Below are positions 49,772 to 60,263 of a stretch of 64,000 nt of DNA, one piece after another. Under the pieces are notes generated by a model, which was given only the letters and a program-made list of their open reading frames with translations, had not been told where the DNA came from and did not search any database. Location of the stretch: positions 28,871 through 92,870 of the forward strand of contig CAZQQT010000010.1 in assembly GCA_964595645.1 (NCBI GenBank), given 5' to 3'. The stretch comes from an uncultured Thermococci archaeon (GTDB lineage: Archaea > Methanobacteriota_B > Thermococci > Methanofastidiosales > B48-G16). Position 1 is the first letter of the stretch. Each line of letters opens with the position of its first letter. A program made the position numbers and the translations under genes.

Positions 49772-51448
49772 ATGAAAAACAAATGGAAATATATGGGCCT
49801 TTTGATCGCAGTCGTAATGCTGATTTCAGCTGTGAGCGGCTGTATAGGCGGAGAAGAAGAGGAAGAAGAAAAAGAGGGCAAATACGGAGGAACATTGGTA
49901 TTCGGTTCTAGCGGCGATGCAGTGAGACTTGATCCGGCAGATGTTACTGATGGTGAATCTATCCAGCGAATGGACAACATATTCGAAGGCCTTGTAGAGT
50001 ATGATGGCGGAACAACGAATATAAAGCCCTGTCTTGCGACGGACTGGGAGATCTCAGATGATAAGAAGACGATTACCTTCAACTTGAGGAAGGGTGTACA
50101 GTTCCACCACGGCTACGGCGAGATGACAGCAGACGATGTCGTCTTTTCGTTTGCGAGACAGTACGACGAGGACCACTGGTACCACCAATACGGTGAATGG
50201 GCCTACTGGAATTACATGTTCGGCGATATAGAGAGCGTGGAGAAACTTGGTACGTATAAAGTTGCTATTCATATGAAGCGACCAAACGCTTCTATGATGA
50301 CAAGCCTTGCAATGTTCACGACCTGTATCGTAAGTGAGAAAGCGGCAGAAGAATATAAGGATGAGTACTTTAAAAATCCAGTAGGGACAGGACCGTTTGA
50401 GTTTGTTGAATGGGTCAAGGACGACCACATCACGTTGAGAGCCTTTGAGGACTACTGGCGTGACAGAGCGTACTTGGACAAACTGATATTCGAGGTTATT
50501 CCCGACCCTTCGGCAAGATACATGGCACTGAAGAGTGGAGATGTCGACGGTATTGAACACATTGACCCAGGACAGCTTGAACAGATAGAAGAAGATCCGG
50601 ATCTGCAACTGCTTTCACAGCCCGGTATGAATGTCGGCTATGTGGCACTAAACTGTGGTGAAGGGTACAAAGATGCAAATGGAAACGGAAAATGGGATGA
50701 GGGCGAAGATGTCCCTGTTCCGGGAGCCTTTGAGCCGTTCAAGAATATCAAAGTGAGAAGAGCTATTGCACACGCAATTAACAAAGAGGCAATTGTAGAG
50801 CATCTCTACAAAGGAGCGGCTAGTGTAGCAGTCCAAGGAATGCCACCGGTACTGTTCGGTTACAATGAGGAGATTGAGGGCTACGAGTATGATCCCGCGA
50901 AGGCAAGACAGCTCTTAGAGGAAGCAGGATACGGCGATGGATTTAAGGTAACCCTGTGGCATATGGGATCGACCTCACGACCGTATTTCCCGGTGCCCAC
51001 ACAGATAGCCGAGGCAATTCAGGCTGATCTGGCTGACGTTGGAATTGATGTTGAGCTCTTCACAGAGGACTGGGGTTCCTACCTACAGGATGCTGAAGAA
51101 GGTAAAGCACCGATGATTATGCTTGGCTGGTCAGGCGACAACGGTGACCCTGATAACTTCCTGAATGTGCTTTACTCCCAGCGAGTCTGTACAGTAGGAA
51201 GTGCTGGAAACTACGGATTCAAGAAGAATCAAGAGATTCAGGATCTGTTGACTGAGGCACTTCAGACCTATGATCAGGATAAGAGAGCTGAGCTGTACGA
51301 AGAGGCAAACAAGCTCCTTGTGGAACAGTGTACACATGTCTTCATTGCCCACGCAGACCAGAACCTTGGCTTCAGTAAGAATGTAAAAGGCTACATTATC
51401 CACCCCACAAGTAGGAAGTTCTTCTACCCTGTATGGATAGAAGAATAA
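49772..51448 (+). CDS. dppA: Peptide ABC transporter substrate-binding lipoprotein
   Basis: Lipobox VSGC; LDP, IFEGLV, GTGPF, VRRAIAHAIN, GWSGDNGDPDNF. Confidence 0.9.
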   Translation: MKNKWKYMGLLIAVVMLISAVSGCIGGEEEEEEKEGKYGGTLVFGSSGDAVRLDPADVTDGESIQRMDNIFEGLVEYDGGTTNIKPCLATDWEISDDKKTITFNLRKGVQFHHGYGEMTADDVVFSFARQYDEDHWYHQYGEWAYWNYMFGDIESVEKLGTYKVAIHMKRPNASMMTSLAMFTTCIVSEKAAEEYKDEYFKNPVGTGPFEFVEWVKDDHITLRAFEDYWRDRAYLDKLIFEVIPDPSARYMALKSGDVDGIEHIDPGQLEQIEEDPDLQLLSQPGMNVGYVALNCGEGYKDANGNGKWDEGEDVPVPGAFEPFKNIKVRRAIAHAINKEAIVEHLYKGAASVAVQGMPPVLFGYNEEIEGYEYDPAKARQLLEEAGYGDGFKVTLWHMGSTSRPYFPVPTQIAEAIQADLADVGIDVELFTEDWGSYLQDAEEGKAPMIMLGWSGDNGDPDNFLNVLYSQRVCTVGSAGNYGFKKNQEIQDLLTEALQTYDQDKRAELYEEANKLLVEQCTHVFIAHADQNLGFSKNVKGYIIHPTSRKFFYPVWIEE

Positions 51449-51449
51449 A

Positions 51450-51470
51450 TTTTTTCTTTTTTTCTTTTTT
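51450..51470 (+). terminator. Oligo-T tract after dppA
   Basis: Nearly pure T run between dppA and dppB. Confidence 0.45.
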
Positions 51471-51481
51471 AAGGTGACAAA

Positions 51482-52483
51482 ATGAAAGAATATATCCTTA
51501 AAAGGCTTGCAATGCTTGTATTTGTATTAATAGGAGTATCGATACTTACCTTTTTATTGGTAAGAGCTGCACCGGGAGATCCGGCAGTAAACCTTGCAGG
51601 CCAGCGTGCAAATGAGCAGGTGCTTGAGAAAATACGAGAAAAATATCATTTAGATGAACCAATTTATAAACAGTATTTTATATGGCTAGAAATGGCACTA
51701 CATGGAGATCTCGGAAAATCAATAAAATCTCAGGAAGATGTGTCCAAGGAAATAATGTCACGGCTCCCGATGACATTGGAGCTCTCGCTATTTGCGATGA
51801 TTATCGCATGCACAATTGGGGTACTTGCAGGCATATTATCTGCCGTTCATCAGTATTCACCCGTTGATTATGGAGTTATGGTAGGAGCTCTGTTTGGTGT
51901 ATCTATGCCGGTATTCTGGTTAGGACTTATGATGATTTACATATTTAGTGTAAAACTTGGAATCATGCCTGTGGGAGGGAGGTTATCTACAGGAATCGAA
52001 CTTGAGAGAATCACAGGAATGTACATACTCGATAGTATCTTAACACTCAACTGGACCGCCTTTGTGGACAGTCTCAAACACCTTATTCTTCCGGGAGTTG
52101 CACTGGCCACTATTCCAATGGCCACGGTAGCCCGAATGACGAGATCGTCCATGCTTGAGGTACTGAGACAGGATTTTATTAGAACTGAAAGAGCGAAGGG
52201 ACTCTCAGAACGAGCGGTGATATACAAACATGCAGTAAAAAATGCACTAATTCCTATTATTACAGTAATAGGGATGAATATCGGTATTCTTATGGGCGGA
52301 GCGGTGCTCACAGAAACTATCTTCACACTCCCAGGGCTGGGCAAGTATATTGCTGATGCAATAAAGGCGTATGACTATCCCGTGGTACAGGGATTCACCC
52401 TATTTTTTGCCACGGTCTTTGTATTAGTAAACCTTGCAACGGATATCCTTTATGCGTATATAGATCCGAGGGTGAAATATTAG
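51482..52483 (+). CDS. dppB: Peptide ABC permease
   Basis: PGDPA, GDLGKS, SMPVFW, RTERAKGL, DPR. Confidence 0.92.
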   Translation: MKEYILKRLAMLVFVLIGVSILTFLLVRAAPGDPAVNLAGQRANEQVLEKIREKYHLDEPIYKQYFIWLEMALHGDLGKSIKSQEDVSKEIMSRLPMTLELSLFAMIIACTIGVLAGILSAVHQYSPVDYGVMVGALFGVSMPVFWLGLMMIYIFSVKLGIMPVGGRLSTGIELERITGMYILDSILTLNWTAFVDSLKHLILPGVALATIPMATVARMTRSSMLEVLRQDFIRTERAKGLSERAVIYKHAVKNALIPIITVIGMNIGILMGGAVLTETIFTLPGLGKYIADAIKAYDYPVVQGFTLFFATVFVLVNLATDILYAYIDPRVKY

Positions 52484-52492
52484 GTGATTCTC

Positions 52493-53395
52493 ATGGCGAA
52501 TGAAAAAAAGAAAGTTAAACGACGAACACGAAGACAAGAAGTTTTTCGGCAGTTACGAAAGAACAAAACAGCTATGGCAGGGCTTGGCATGCTGCTCACG
52601 ATTGTGATTCTTTCTGTTGGAGCACCTATCTTTGCCCCCCATGGCCCCCATGATTCTGATCTAAGTCGAGGGTTGAAACCCGGCTTCTGGTCCGACGATG
52701 GTCTCCCGGGATTTTATCTCGGAACAGATTATCTTGGAAGAGATCTCTTCTCGAGAATCCTCTACGGTGGGAGAATCACGCTCAGTGTAGGATTTGTTGC
52801 ACTGGGCTTTGCCATCGTTGTAGGAGCAGGGATGGGTATGCTGGCTGGGTACTTTGGTGGCAAAATAGATACTGCCATCATGCGTGTTGTAGATATCATG
52901 TTTGCGTACCCTGCACTGCTTCTTGCACTCGTAGTGGCCGGTACCCTCGGCAGAGGCATCGACAAGGCCATGCTGGCTATTGGAATTGTCTATGCACCCA
53001 GAATGGCCCGGGTGATGCGAGGCGGAGTCCTTGCTGTAAAGGAGATGGAGTATATAGAAGCGGAACATGCAATAGGATCTTCTACATTTCGGATACTCTT
53101 TAAACATGTCCTTCCCAACTCATTAGCGCCGCTAATCGTTTACTCAACATTGATGCTGGCGACTGCTATACTTGATGCTGCAGCACTCGGGTTCCTAGGT
53201 GTTGGTGCACAGGCACCTTCACCAGAGTGGGGACTTGCATTATCCATTGCGAGAAAGTATCTCGTACAGGGTTCTTGGTGGGCGGCGACCTTCCCAGGGC
53301 TCGCGATATTTATTTCTGTGATATCATTGAATATGCTTGGGGATGGACTACGAGACGCATTGGATCCGCGATTGAAAGGAGGTGCGAACCTATGA
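52493..53395 (+). CDS. dppC: Peptide ABC permease
   Basis: GTDYLGRD, EYIEA..AIG, HVLPN, PEWG, GDGLRDALDPR. Confidence 0.92.
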   Translation: MANEKKKVKRRTRRQEVFRQLRKNKTAMAGLGMLLTIVILSVGAPIFAPHGPHDSDLSRGLKPGFWSDDGLPGFYLGTDYLGRDLFSRILYGGRITLSVGFVALGFAIVVGAGMGMLAGYFGGKIDTAIMRVVDIMFAYPALLLALVVAGTLGRGIDKAMLAIGIVYAPRMARVMRGGVLAVKEMEYIEAEHAIGSSTFRILFKHVLPNSLAPLIVYSTLMLATAILDAAALGFLGVGAQAPSPEWGLALSIARKYLVQGSWWAATFPGLAIFISVISLNMLGDGLRDALDPRLKGGANL

Positions 53396-54360
53396 CACTG
53401 CTCGATGTATCGGATCTTAAGACTCATTTTTTCACGGATGACGGTGTGGTTAAAGCCGTTGACGGTGTAAGTTTTTCAATTGAGGAAGGCGAAACCTTTG
53501 GACTGGTCGGCGAATCAGGATGTGGTAAATCAGTGACAGCACTTTCGATCATACGGCTTATTCCGGATCCTCCCGGCAAAATCGTGAACGGCAGTATAAT
53601 GTTCGAAGGGGAGGATATGGTAAAGCAATCGGAGAAGGCGATGCGGGAGATACGTGGAGATAGGATATCGATGATATTTCAGGAGCCAATGACATCGTTG
53701 GATCCTGTATTTACCATCGGTCACGAGTTAATAGAGATCATTCAGCTCCACCAAGGATTGGAAAAGAAGGAAGCGAGAGAAAAAGCCATTAATATGCTTA
53801 AAATTGTGGGAATACCTGAGCCTGCGAAAAGAATGAATGAGTATCCTCATCAACTTTCTGGAGGGATGCGGCAGAGGGCCATGATTGCCATGGCGCTTTC
53901 ATGCAATCCAAAACTTCTAATCGCCGATGAACCCACTACCGCACTAGATGTGACTATACAGGCGCAGATTCTGCGGCTCATGGAGGAACTAAAAGAGGAC
54001 TTCTCAGCTTCCGTTCTCCTTATTACTCACGATCTCGGTGTCGTAGCAGAGACGTGTAAGAACGTGGCAGTGATGTATGCCGGCAAAATTGTAGAGTATG
54101 CGAATGTGGAAGCAATCTTCGAAAATCCACTTCACCCCTACACACTAGGACTAAATGAATCTATTCCTCGCCTCGATCGCGAAGCCCGCAGACTCGAGAT
54201 AATTGAAGGAAATGTTCCTGATCTCATAGAACCACCCTCAGGGTGTAAGTTCCATCCTCGATGTCGGTACGCGATGGAGATTTGTATGGGGGAAGAACCA
54301 CCATTGAAAGAGAGGGAAAATGGTCATTTCTCTCGATGCTATCTGGAGGAGATGCCATGA
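53392..54360 (+). CDS. dppD: Peptide ABC ATPase
   Basis: [21 protein letters not shown]; start moved to ATG 53392. Confidence 0.92.
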   Translation: MTLLDVSDLKTHFFTDDGVVKAVDGVSFSIEEGETFGLVGESGCGKSVTALSIIRLIPDPPGKIVNGSIMFEGEDMVKQSEKAMREIRGDRISMIFQEPMTSLDPVFTIGHELIEIIQLHQGLEKKEAREKAINMLKIVGIPEPAKRMNEYPHQLSGGMRQRAMIAMALSCNPKLLIADEPTTALDVTIQAQILRLMEELKEDFSASVLLITHDLGVVAETCKNVAVMYAGKIVEYANVEAIFENPLHPYTLGLNESIPRLDREARRLEIIEGNVPDLIEPPSGCKFHPRCRYAMEICMGEEPPLKERENGHFSRCYLEEMP

Positions 54361-55319
54361 CCCTTCTCGAAGTCAGAGGACTAAAAAAGTATTTCGAAGT
54401 CGGTGGAGGATTCCTAAAAAAACCAGATATAGTTAAAGCTGTAGACGATGTATCCTTTACTATTGAGGAAGGGGAAACACTGGGGCTTGTTGGTGAGAGC
54501 GGATGTGGGAAAACTACCTGTGGAAAAACGATTTTAAAGTTATACGAGCCAGATGATGGTGAAATTCTCTATCGGGGAGAGGATATTACACCGCTAACTA
54601 GGGCCGAGATGAGAAAGTACAGGAGACAGATGAATATAATCTACCAAGATCCCTTCGGTTCACTGGATCCTCGAATGACTATTAGAGGGATTATCGCGGA
54701 GCCCATGGAGGTTCACCACCTTTATTCCTCAAAACGAGAAAGGGAGGAAAAAGTCCTCGAGATCATGGAACAGGTTGGACTTACCGAAGAACAGATGAAT
54801 CGATACCCTCACGAGTTCTCTGGAGGACAGAGACAACGAATTGGTATTGCACGCGCTTTGGCCGTGGATCCTGAGTTCATTGTCGCCGATGAGCCAGTGT
54901 CTGCATTAGATGTTTCTATTCAGGCACAGATTTTGAACTTGATGATGGATCTTCAGAAGGATCTTGGACTTACCTACCTTTTTGTGGCCCACGATCTAAG
55001 CGTAATAAAACATATTTGTGATAGAGTTGCAGTGATGTACGTGGGAGAGGTAGTTGAGTTAGCAGCGAAAAAAGAGCTTTTCAACAACCCACTGCATCCC
55101 TATACCAAAGCGCTACTTACCGCAGTGCCAGTGGCGAACCCGAAGGTGAAAAAGGAAGAGATAATCTTGGAGGGGGATGTACCAAGCCCGATCAACCCAC
55201 CGGAGGGGTGCAGATTCCACACCCGGTGTTTCAAAAAGATAGGAGACATCTGTGAAAATCAGAGACCTGAGTGGAAAGAGGTAGAGAAGGGACACTTCGT
55301 GGCGTGTCACCTGTACTAA
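54357..55319 (+). CDS. dppF: Peptide ABC ATPase
   Basis: GESGCGKT, FSGGQRQR, DEPVS; start moved to ATG 54357. Confidence 0.92.
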   Translation: MTLLEVRGLKKYFEVGGGFLKKPDIVKAVDDVSFTIEEGETLGLVGESGCGKTTCGKTILKLYEPDDGEILYRGEDITPLTRAEMRKYRRQMNIIYQDPFGSLDPRMTIRGIIAEPMEVHHLYSSKREREEKVLEIMEQVGLTEEQMNRYPHEFSGGQRQRIGIARALAVDPEFIVADEPVSALDVSIQAQILNLMMDLQKDLGLTYLFVAHDLSVIKHICDRVAVMYVGEVVELAAKKELFNNPLHPYTKALLTAVPVANPKVKKEEIILEGDVPSPINPPEGCRFHTRCFKKIGDICENQRPEWKEVEKGHFVACHLY

Positions 55320-56065
55320 ACCTTCGTATATCTGTTTATTGTTGGCTCGAAAATCGTGCCTTCTGAGAGGAGTTCTCTCACTGCATCCTCTACCTCCTCT
55401 GCTGGAAACTCTGTAATTTCCGAGACTAGGGTATCGAGCTCTACCCCTTCCCCCTCATCGAGCCTTTCGAGAGTGGAGAGCACCTTATCTTTTATTAACG
55501 CTGTATCTATTTCATCCTCTCCTTCTTCTACATACTCCATTTCGTATAATGCTTCTACTATTTCTGGTTCTACTCCTTCGCTCTCTGATCTTTCTTTTGC
55601 CTTTTTCAAATTTTTTTCTTCGTTTTTTATTTTTTCAGCTTTTTCTAACTGTTTTTTAAGTTTTCTATTTAATTTTATCAGTTCAAGTCTGTGCAATATC
55701 CAGAAATTTGGGGATACCGTAGCAATAGCTTCCCCATTCAATCGGTTTTCATTTCGCCATTGACTCACCTTTCCCACGACCTGTACGAGGTTCCCTTGGG
55801 AGATATTCTTGAGAAGTACTGTATTTTCCCTGAAGAAGTATGTCCACATCGTTTCTGTTGTGTCATCGAGGAGAATTCTCCCATAACTTTCGTCTTCGGA
55901 GATGAAAGGTTCGTTGAGTACTGTTGCTACTATTTTTGCTCTGTAGAGCTTCTTACAGTTTTTAGTGACGAGATAATTAGGAGAAAAATCTCCTTCTCCT
56001 TTGAAGTAATATCCTTCTGCGATTTCTTTGAGATTTGTTCGTGATGAAGGCATTCTTTTTTTCAT
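55316..56065 (-). CDS. Replication protein A, RPA32/Rpa2-like
   Basis: OB fold (LDDTT, VQVVGKV) plus C-terminal wHTH (EL..EGTIFEP). Confidence 0.8.
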   Translation of the reverse strand: MKKRMPSSRTNLKEIAEGYYFKGEGDFSPNYLVTKNCKKLYRAKIVATVLNEPFISEDESYGRILLDDTTETMWTYFFRENTVLLKNISQGNLVQVVGKVSQWRNENRLNGEAIATVSPNFWILHRLELIKLNRKLKKQLEKAEKIKNEEKNLKKAKERSESEGVEPEIVEALYEMEYVEEGEDEIDTALIKDKVLSTLERLDEGEGVELDTLVSEITEFPAEEVEDAVRELLSEGTIFEPTINRYTKV

Positions 56066-56367
56066 ATGCTCGCCTCCATTGCCCTCGCTCTTTTATAGAG
56101 TGAGACGTCGAATCCGGAAAAATCTTGGATTATCTCTGCGTTGATACACAGTTCTAGGTCGCTGTTCTGAAATGTTTTTCCAATAACTCGTATAAGCGAT
56201 CCGATCTCTGGTAAGTTTTCTGCATAGATTTTTATCTCACCAGTACCGTCGTCAAGGACGAGAGAGTACTTCGTCGTATTTTTTCTGACCACCGTACCTA
56301 CCAGGCTCACCCTTCTATCATCTTCCTCTATCTCATCGATCTCCTTTTCTATACTGTGAAATCTCAT
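56062..56367 (-). CDS. Replication protein A, RPA14/Rpa3-like
   Basis: RVSLVGTV, LDDGTG, IRVIG, AEIIQDF. Confidence 0.78.
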   Translation of the reverse strand: MRFHSIEKEIDEIEEDDRRVSLVGTVVRKNTTKYSLVLDDGTGEIKIYAENLPEIGSLIRVIGKTFQNSDLELCINAEIIQDFSGFDVSLYKRARAMEASI

Positions 56368-57359
56368 TCCATGCCCTCCAAAATGCTGTATGCTTCTTTA
56401 AGTTCATCGAATTTCTTCAAAGAGTAAACTCTAAACTCAAGGCCAAGGAACTCATTTTCCTCAACCTTTCCGCTCATGAGTATTTCCTTTCCAAGAAGGT
56501 GGTGATACTCCTCGAAAATGAAGTCTTCTTCAGCTTTTTTTAGTGAGAGAGTATCTTCAGCAAACGATTTGAGCAATGAGTAAAGCATATCTCCCTTTTT
56601 TCCAAGAAGCTCCTCTGCCGTATCCCTAAATAGGATACATTTTACATAACCTGTGGAATCGTCAATACCGATCTCACAGATGGGAATATAGATACGCTCA
56701 ACGATTTCTTCGCATGAGGGGCAGTACGTTTGTCCGTCCTTGAATTCTACTCGTTTGAAACACTCTGGACAGCCTTCGTAGATTCGTACCCGGTAAAGCC
56801 GCACGATGGTACCTCGGATCTCCGTGTATTTATCACCCTTTTTTAACTCGCTGATGGATTTTCTCGTGGATTCCCTTCTTTGGACGGTCACTTCTTTTCC
56901 TTCTGGATTTACTATTATTTTCCCCTGATACCCCAAAGAAAGTTCGGGATTTTTTAATCCTCTTTTTGAAACTGCCCCTACGATATCTATTACATCCCCT
57001 TTCTTCACTTCCGAAAGATACTCACACTGTTCATTCCATAGGCTCAATCTTGTTTTTCCCGTCTCATCGCCTATCAGGATATTTGCCACTTTTTTATTTT
57101 CATCCAGCTCTTTCACCGGATACACAGCCAGAACCTTAGCGGTGAGATTCACATCCTTCAATCCTTCAGCAAGGTCTTCTATTTTGAGTTCCTCCACTTC
57201 AGATTCCAGCTCGATACCGTATTCATTCGCGATTATGGAGAGAATCCCCTCTTCTGTTAAGAGTCCTTCCACTTCTTTCTTTTTCTCCTCTACTTTCTTT
57301 TTTATCTCTTCCTCAGTCAGCCCCACACTCAGAAGTTTTTCCTTAATCTCGGATTTCAT
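56364..57359 (-). CDS. Replication protein A, RPA41/Rpa1-like
   Basis: GDETG..R..LW OB fold; CPEC...CPSC zinc finger; DDSTG. Confidence 0.85.
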   Translation of the reverse strand: MKSEIKEKLLSVGLTEEEIKKKVEEKKKEVEGLLTEEGILSIIANEYGIELESEVEELKIEDLAEGLKDVNLTAKVLAVYPVKELDENKKVANILIGDETGKTRLSLWNEQCEYLSEVKKGDVIDIVGAVSKRGLKNPELSLGYQGKIIVNPEGKEVTVQRRESTRKSISELKKGDKYTEIRGTIVRLYRVRIYEGCPECFKRVEFKDGQTYCPSCEEIVERIYIPICEIGIDDSTGYVKCILFRDTAEELLGKKGDMLYSLLKSFAEDTLSLKKAEEDFIFEEYHHLLGKEILMSGKVEENEFLGLEFRVYSLKKFDELKEAYSILEGME

Positions 57360-57552
57360 TCCAATCTCTATCCTTTCTCTGTCTTAGTATATAAAAACTT
57401 ATCTCTTTTTCCTACTTCCATAGTATTTCTGAACTTGATTGTACCTACCCAATAATCAAGGAAACCACAACCCAACATAGTATATCTTTACACTTTTCTC
57501 CGAAAAGTTAATAATAGGGTTATACATAGTATTCATAAAAGGAGCAGATTTT

Positions 57553-58320
57553 ATGGAACCGAAGGAAGTTATAAACATACTGAAGGAGTTTGGATTAGGA
57601 GAGTATGAAGCCAAAGCCTATCTGGCTCTTTTAGAGAGGGGGAAGATTTCTGCGAGAGTGATAAGCGAGGTTACACGGATCCCCTATACTAAAATATATC
57701 AGGTACTCCAAAATTTAGAGAGATACGGATTTATTATATCTATATCTGGGAAGCCAAGGAAGCATGTGGCAGTATCTCCTGATAAAGCCTTAGAGAAGAA
57801 AATGGCACAAATAAGAAAGCAATATAATGAAGAGGAAAGAAAAAGAAAAAACCTGAAAAAAAAGCTAGTAAATGAGTTGAATCCCCTGTTCGAGAGCAAT
57901 GTTGAGGATATCATGACAGAAACGGGAACCCGAACCATCGTAGGGAGTGTCAATGTTACCTCCCATATAAAAAACACAATTCTCAATTCAACAGTTCTTC
58001 GATGTACCGTCTCCGATCTGGATTCTTTTATGGAAGCTTATGAAGAAGAATTACAACGTACAGATGCTAACATAATAATACGGGCTCCAAATGCATATTT
58101 CGTCGATGGGGTCTCTGTGTACAAGTATCCCACATACGAAGGATCAGATATACTTATTAAAGACGATAATGAAGTAGTATACACATTTTTTGTGGCATCA
58201 TCGGGCATGTTCACCTTTAGTGAAATGAAAGTAAGAGTTGTGGCAGATAAAAAATTTGTGAAAGGCCTGATACAGGATTTTGATCAGAGCTTGAACTGTT
58301 TAGAGGAGGTAAAAGAATGA
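57553..58320 (+). CDS. TrmB-family transcriptional regulator
   Basis: FGLGEYEAKAYLALL, IPYTKIYQVL..LE..G, G.P. Confidence 0.88.
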   Translation: MEPKEVINILKEFGLGEYEAKAYLALLERGKISARVISEVTRIPYTKIYQVLQNLERYGFIISISGKPRKHVAVSPDKALEKKMAQIRKQYNEEERKRKNLKKKLVNELNPLFESNVEDIMTETGTRTIVGSVNVTSHIKNTILNSTVLRCTVSDLDSFMEAYEEELQRTDANIIIRAPNAYFVDGVSVYKYPTYEGSDILIKDDNEVVYTFFVASSGMFTFSEMKVRVVADKKFVKGLIQDFDQSLNCLEEVKE

Positions 58321-59015
58321 ATCTTGTGAAGACAGGAATTTCAGGATTAGATGAGATGCTGATTGGAGGTATTCCTCAGGGGAGAACAATATTAGTTACA
58401 GGTGCTACAGGGACAGGAAAAAGTACATTATGCGTAGAATATCTTGTAAGAGGAGCACAAAATGGAGAAGCAGGAGTTCTTGTTGCTTTGGAGGAAGATC
58501 CAGAGGATATTTACGAGGATTATATGAACTTCGGATGGGATCTGAAAGCCTTTGAAGAAGAGGATTCTCTGAGGGTGATCACACCCCCCATCCCATTGAA
58601 AATTGGAGGGGCTGATATCGATATAGATGATCTTATAAATACAATACAGAAGTCTGTTTCTAATATAAATGCGAAGAGAGTAGTGATAGATTCTCTTTCC
58701 GTCCTCACTGCTGGCACAAGAGAAAAAGAACAAAGAAAAAAGGTTTTAAAGCTTTCCACACTTTTAAGAGAGCTTGAATGTACCTCACTCGTTATTTCTG
58801 AAGTTACAGAGTCCGAAGAGGAAAACTCGGACTATGGTGTTGCAGGGTATGTATTTCAGGGAATAATATCATTATACTATAGAAAGAAGGGAGCGGCACG
58901 AGTGAGAGGAATCGAAATCCGAAAAATGCGAGGAATGGATCACTCTACAAAAACAAAGACAATGGAAATTACATCGGAAGGCTTAAAAGTATACTCTGAA
59001 GATTTCATTTTATGA
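58317..59015 (+). CDS. Single-domain KaiC/RAD55-family ATPase
   Basis: TGISGLDEML.GG.P, GATGTGKS, LEE, VIDS, RKMRG. Confidence 0.88.
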   Translation: MNLVKTGISGLDEMLIGGIPQGRTILVTGATGTGKSTLCVEYLVRGAQNGEAGVLVALEEDPEDIYEDYMNFGWDLKAFEEEDSLRVITPPIPLKIGGADIDIDDLINTIQKSVSNINAKRVVIDSLSVLTAGTREKEQRKKVLKLSTLLRELECTSLVISEVTESEEENSDYGVAGYVFQGIISLYYRKKGAARVRGIEIRKMRGMDHSTKTKTMEITSEGLKVYSEDFIL

Positions 59016-59761
59016 ACCTACGATATTTGCCTGTGATAGAAGCAGACGGTGCATATCAAATGGCCTTGGACGAGGCCATATTGCGCACAATTGTTAATGG
59101 AAACGGGGAGAATACATTGAGATTCTATAGATTTAAACCCTCTTGTGTTTCCATTGGCTATTTTCAATCGGCTAATCAAGAGATCAATATGGAGCGTTGC
59201 AGTGCACAGGAAATCGCCTGTGTAAGGAGGATTACTGGTGGAGGTGCGGTATTTCATGATTACCATGGAGAGATCACCTATTCTATTGTGTTACGGGAAG
59301 AAGAGTTTCCCTACGGTATAGAAGAGGCCTATGAAGAGATCTGCACATGTCTTGTGAAGGCACTTGCATGTTTCGGATTGAAAGGAGAATTTTCTCCTAT
59401 TAATGATGTGATAGTCAACGGGAAAAAGATATCTGGATCTGCCCAAACTCGAAAACGAGGGACAATTCTACAGCACGGAACGTTCATGTATTCTACAGAC
59501 ATCAAAACACTCTTCTCTGTACTCAAGGTTTCCAGTGAGAAAATACGAGACAAACTAATAAAAAGTGCTGAAAAAAGAGTAACAACTCTTGAAGAGATTT
59601 TGGGGAGAAAAGTAGGTGTTCAGGAAGTTTTAAAAGCATTGGAAGCTGGGTTTTCTTCAAAATTTAATCTTAAAAAAGGAGAAATAAGCCAATACGAAAA
59701 GAAGATACTTCCAGATCTGAAGGAGAAATATGCTAGTAAAGAATGGCTTTTTAAGCGGTAA
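59012..59761 (+). CDS. lplA: Lipoate-protein ligase A family
   Basis: MALDEA, RRITGGGAVFHD, ND...GKKISGSAQ, QHGT. Confidence 0.88.
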   Translation: MNLRYLPVIEADGAYQMALDEAILRTIVNGNGENTLRFYRFKPSCVSIGYFQSANQEINMERCSAQEIACVRRITGGGAVFHDYHGEITYSIVLREEEFPYGIEEAYEEICTCLVKALACFGLKGEFSPINDVIVNGKKISGSAQTRKRGTILQHGTFMYSTDIKTLFSVLKVSSEKIRDKLIKSAEKRVTTLEEILGRKVGVQEVLKALEAGFSSKFNLKKGEISQYEKKILPDLKEKYASKEWLFKR

Positions 59762-59771
59762 CACGGCCTCA

Positions 59772-60170
59772 TTATATACTAATAAGATCTTCCCCAATGT
59801 GTTTGGTACCTCGAATAGATTTTAGCTTTTCAATGAGAGCAGTTACCTCTTCTCCCTTTCCTTCTATAATCCAGATGTCAAAGCAGTTTCCTTTATCGAA
59901 ATGAAGGTGGAGGGCACCGTACACCAGATCATCATTCCGATGGTGGATCTCGTGTATTTTCTCACTACACCAGTCATCTTCTACTTCATACATTATCGAT
60001 ATAACTCCACTAACTGAGCCCTCTCGATTTTTTCTGAGCCTGTATTCATTTAGATAGTCTCTTATGGACTCTCTGAATATTTCAGAACGGCTTGCATACC
60101 CTTCGTCTTCTTTTACTTTCTCAAGTTTCCTTAGTATTTCTTCTGGTACTGCGATACTTACCACAGTCAT
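59772..60170 (-). CDS. NikR-like ribbon-helix-helix regulator
   Basis: VSIAVP...SRSEIFRESIR; H...HLH...C metal site; start moved to ATG 60170. Confidence 0.82.
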   Translation of the reverse strand: MTVVSIAVPEEILRKLEKVKEDEGYASRSEIFRESIRDYLNEYRLRKNREGSVSGVISIMYEVEDDWCSEKIHEIHHRNDDLVYGALHLHFDKGNCFDIWIIEGKGEEVTALIEKLKSIRGTKHIGEDLISI

Positions 60171-60193
60171 ATTAAAAATCACCTTTTTTATTG

Positions 60194-60207
60194 ATAATAA
60201 TTATTAT
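60194..60207. promoter_or_regulatory. 14-bp perfect palindrome in the divergent promoter
   Basis: ATAATAATTATTAT. Confidence 0.4.
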
Positions 60208-60263
60208 TACCTTAAAAGTTTTTGGCAGGAAGATTATTAAAATGCGTGAATCACTGGAAAGAT

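Noticed and set aside
53227-54356. Long N-terminal extensions of dppD and dppF in the ORF track
   Set aside because: They overlap upstream genes; internal ATGs at 53392 and 54357 have RBS and 4-nt overlaps
41415-57528. Scattered TACATA/TATGTA hexamers (41415, 45311, 57523) as an EarA regulon
   Set aside because: Expected by chance in AT-rich intergenic DNA
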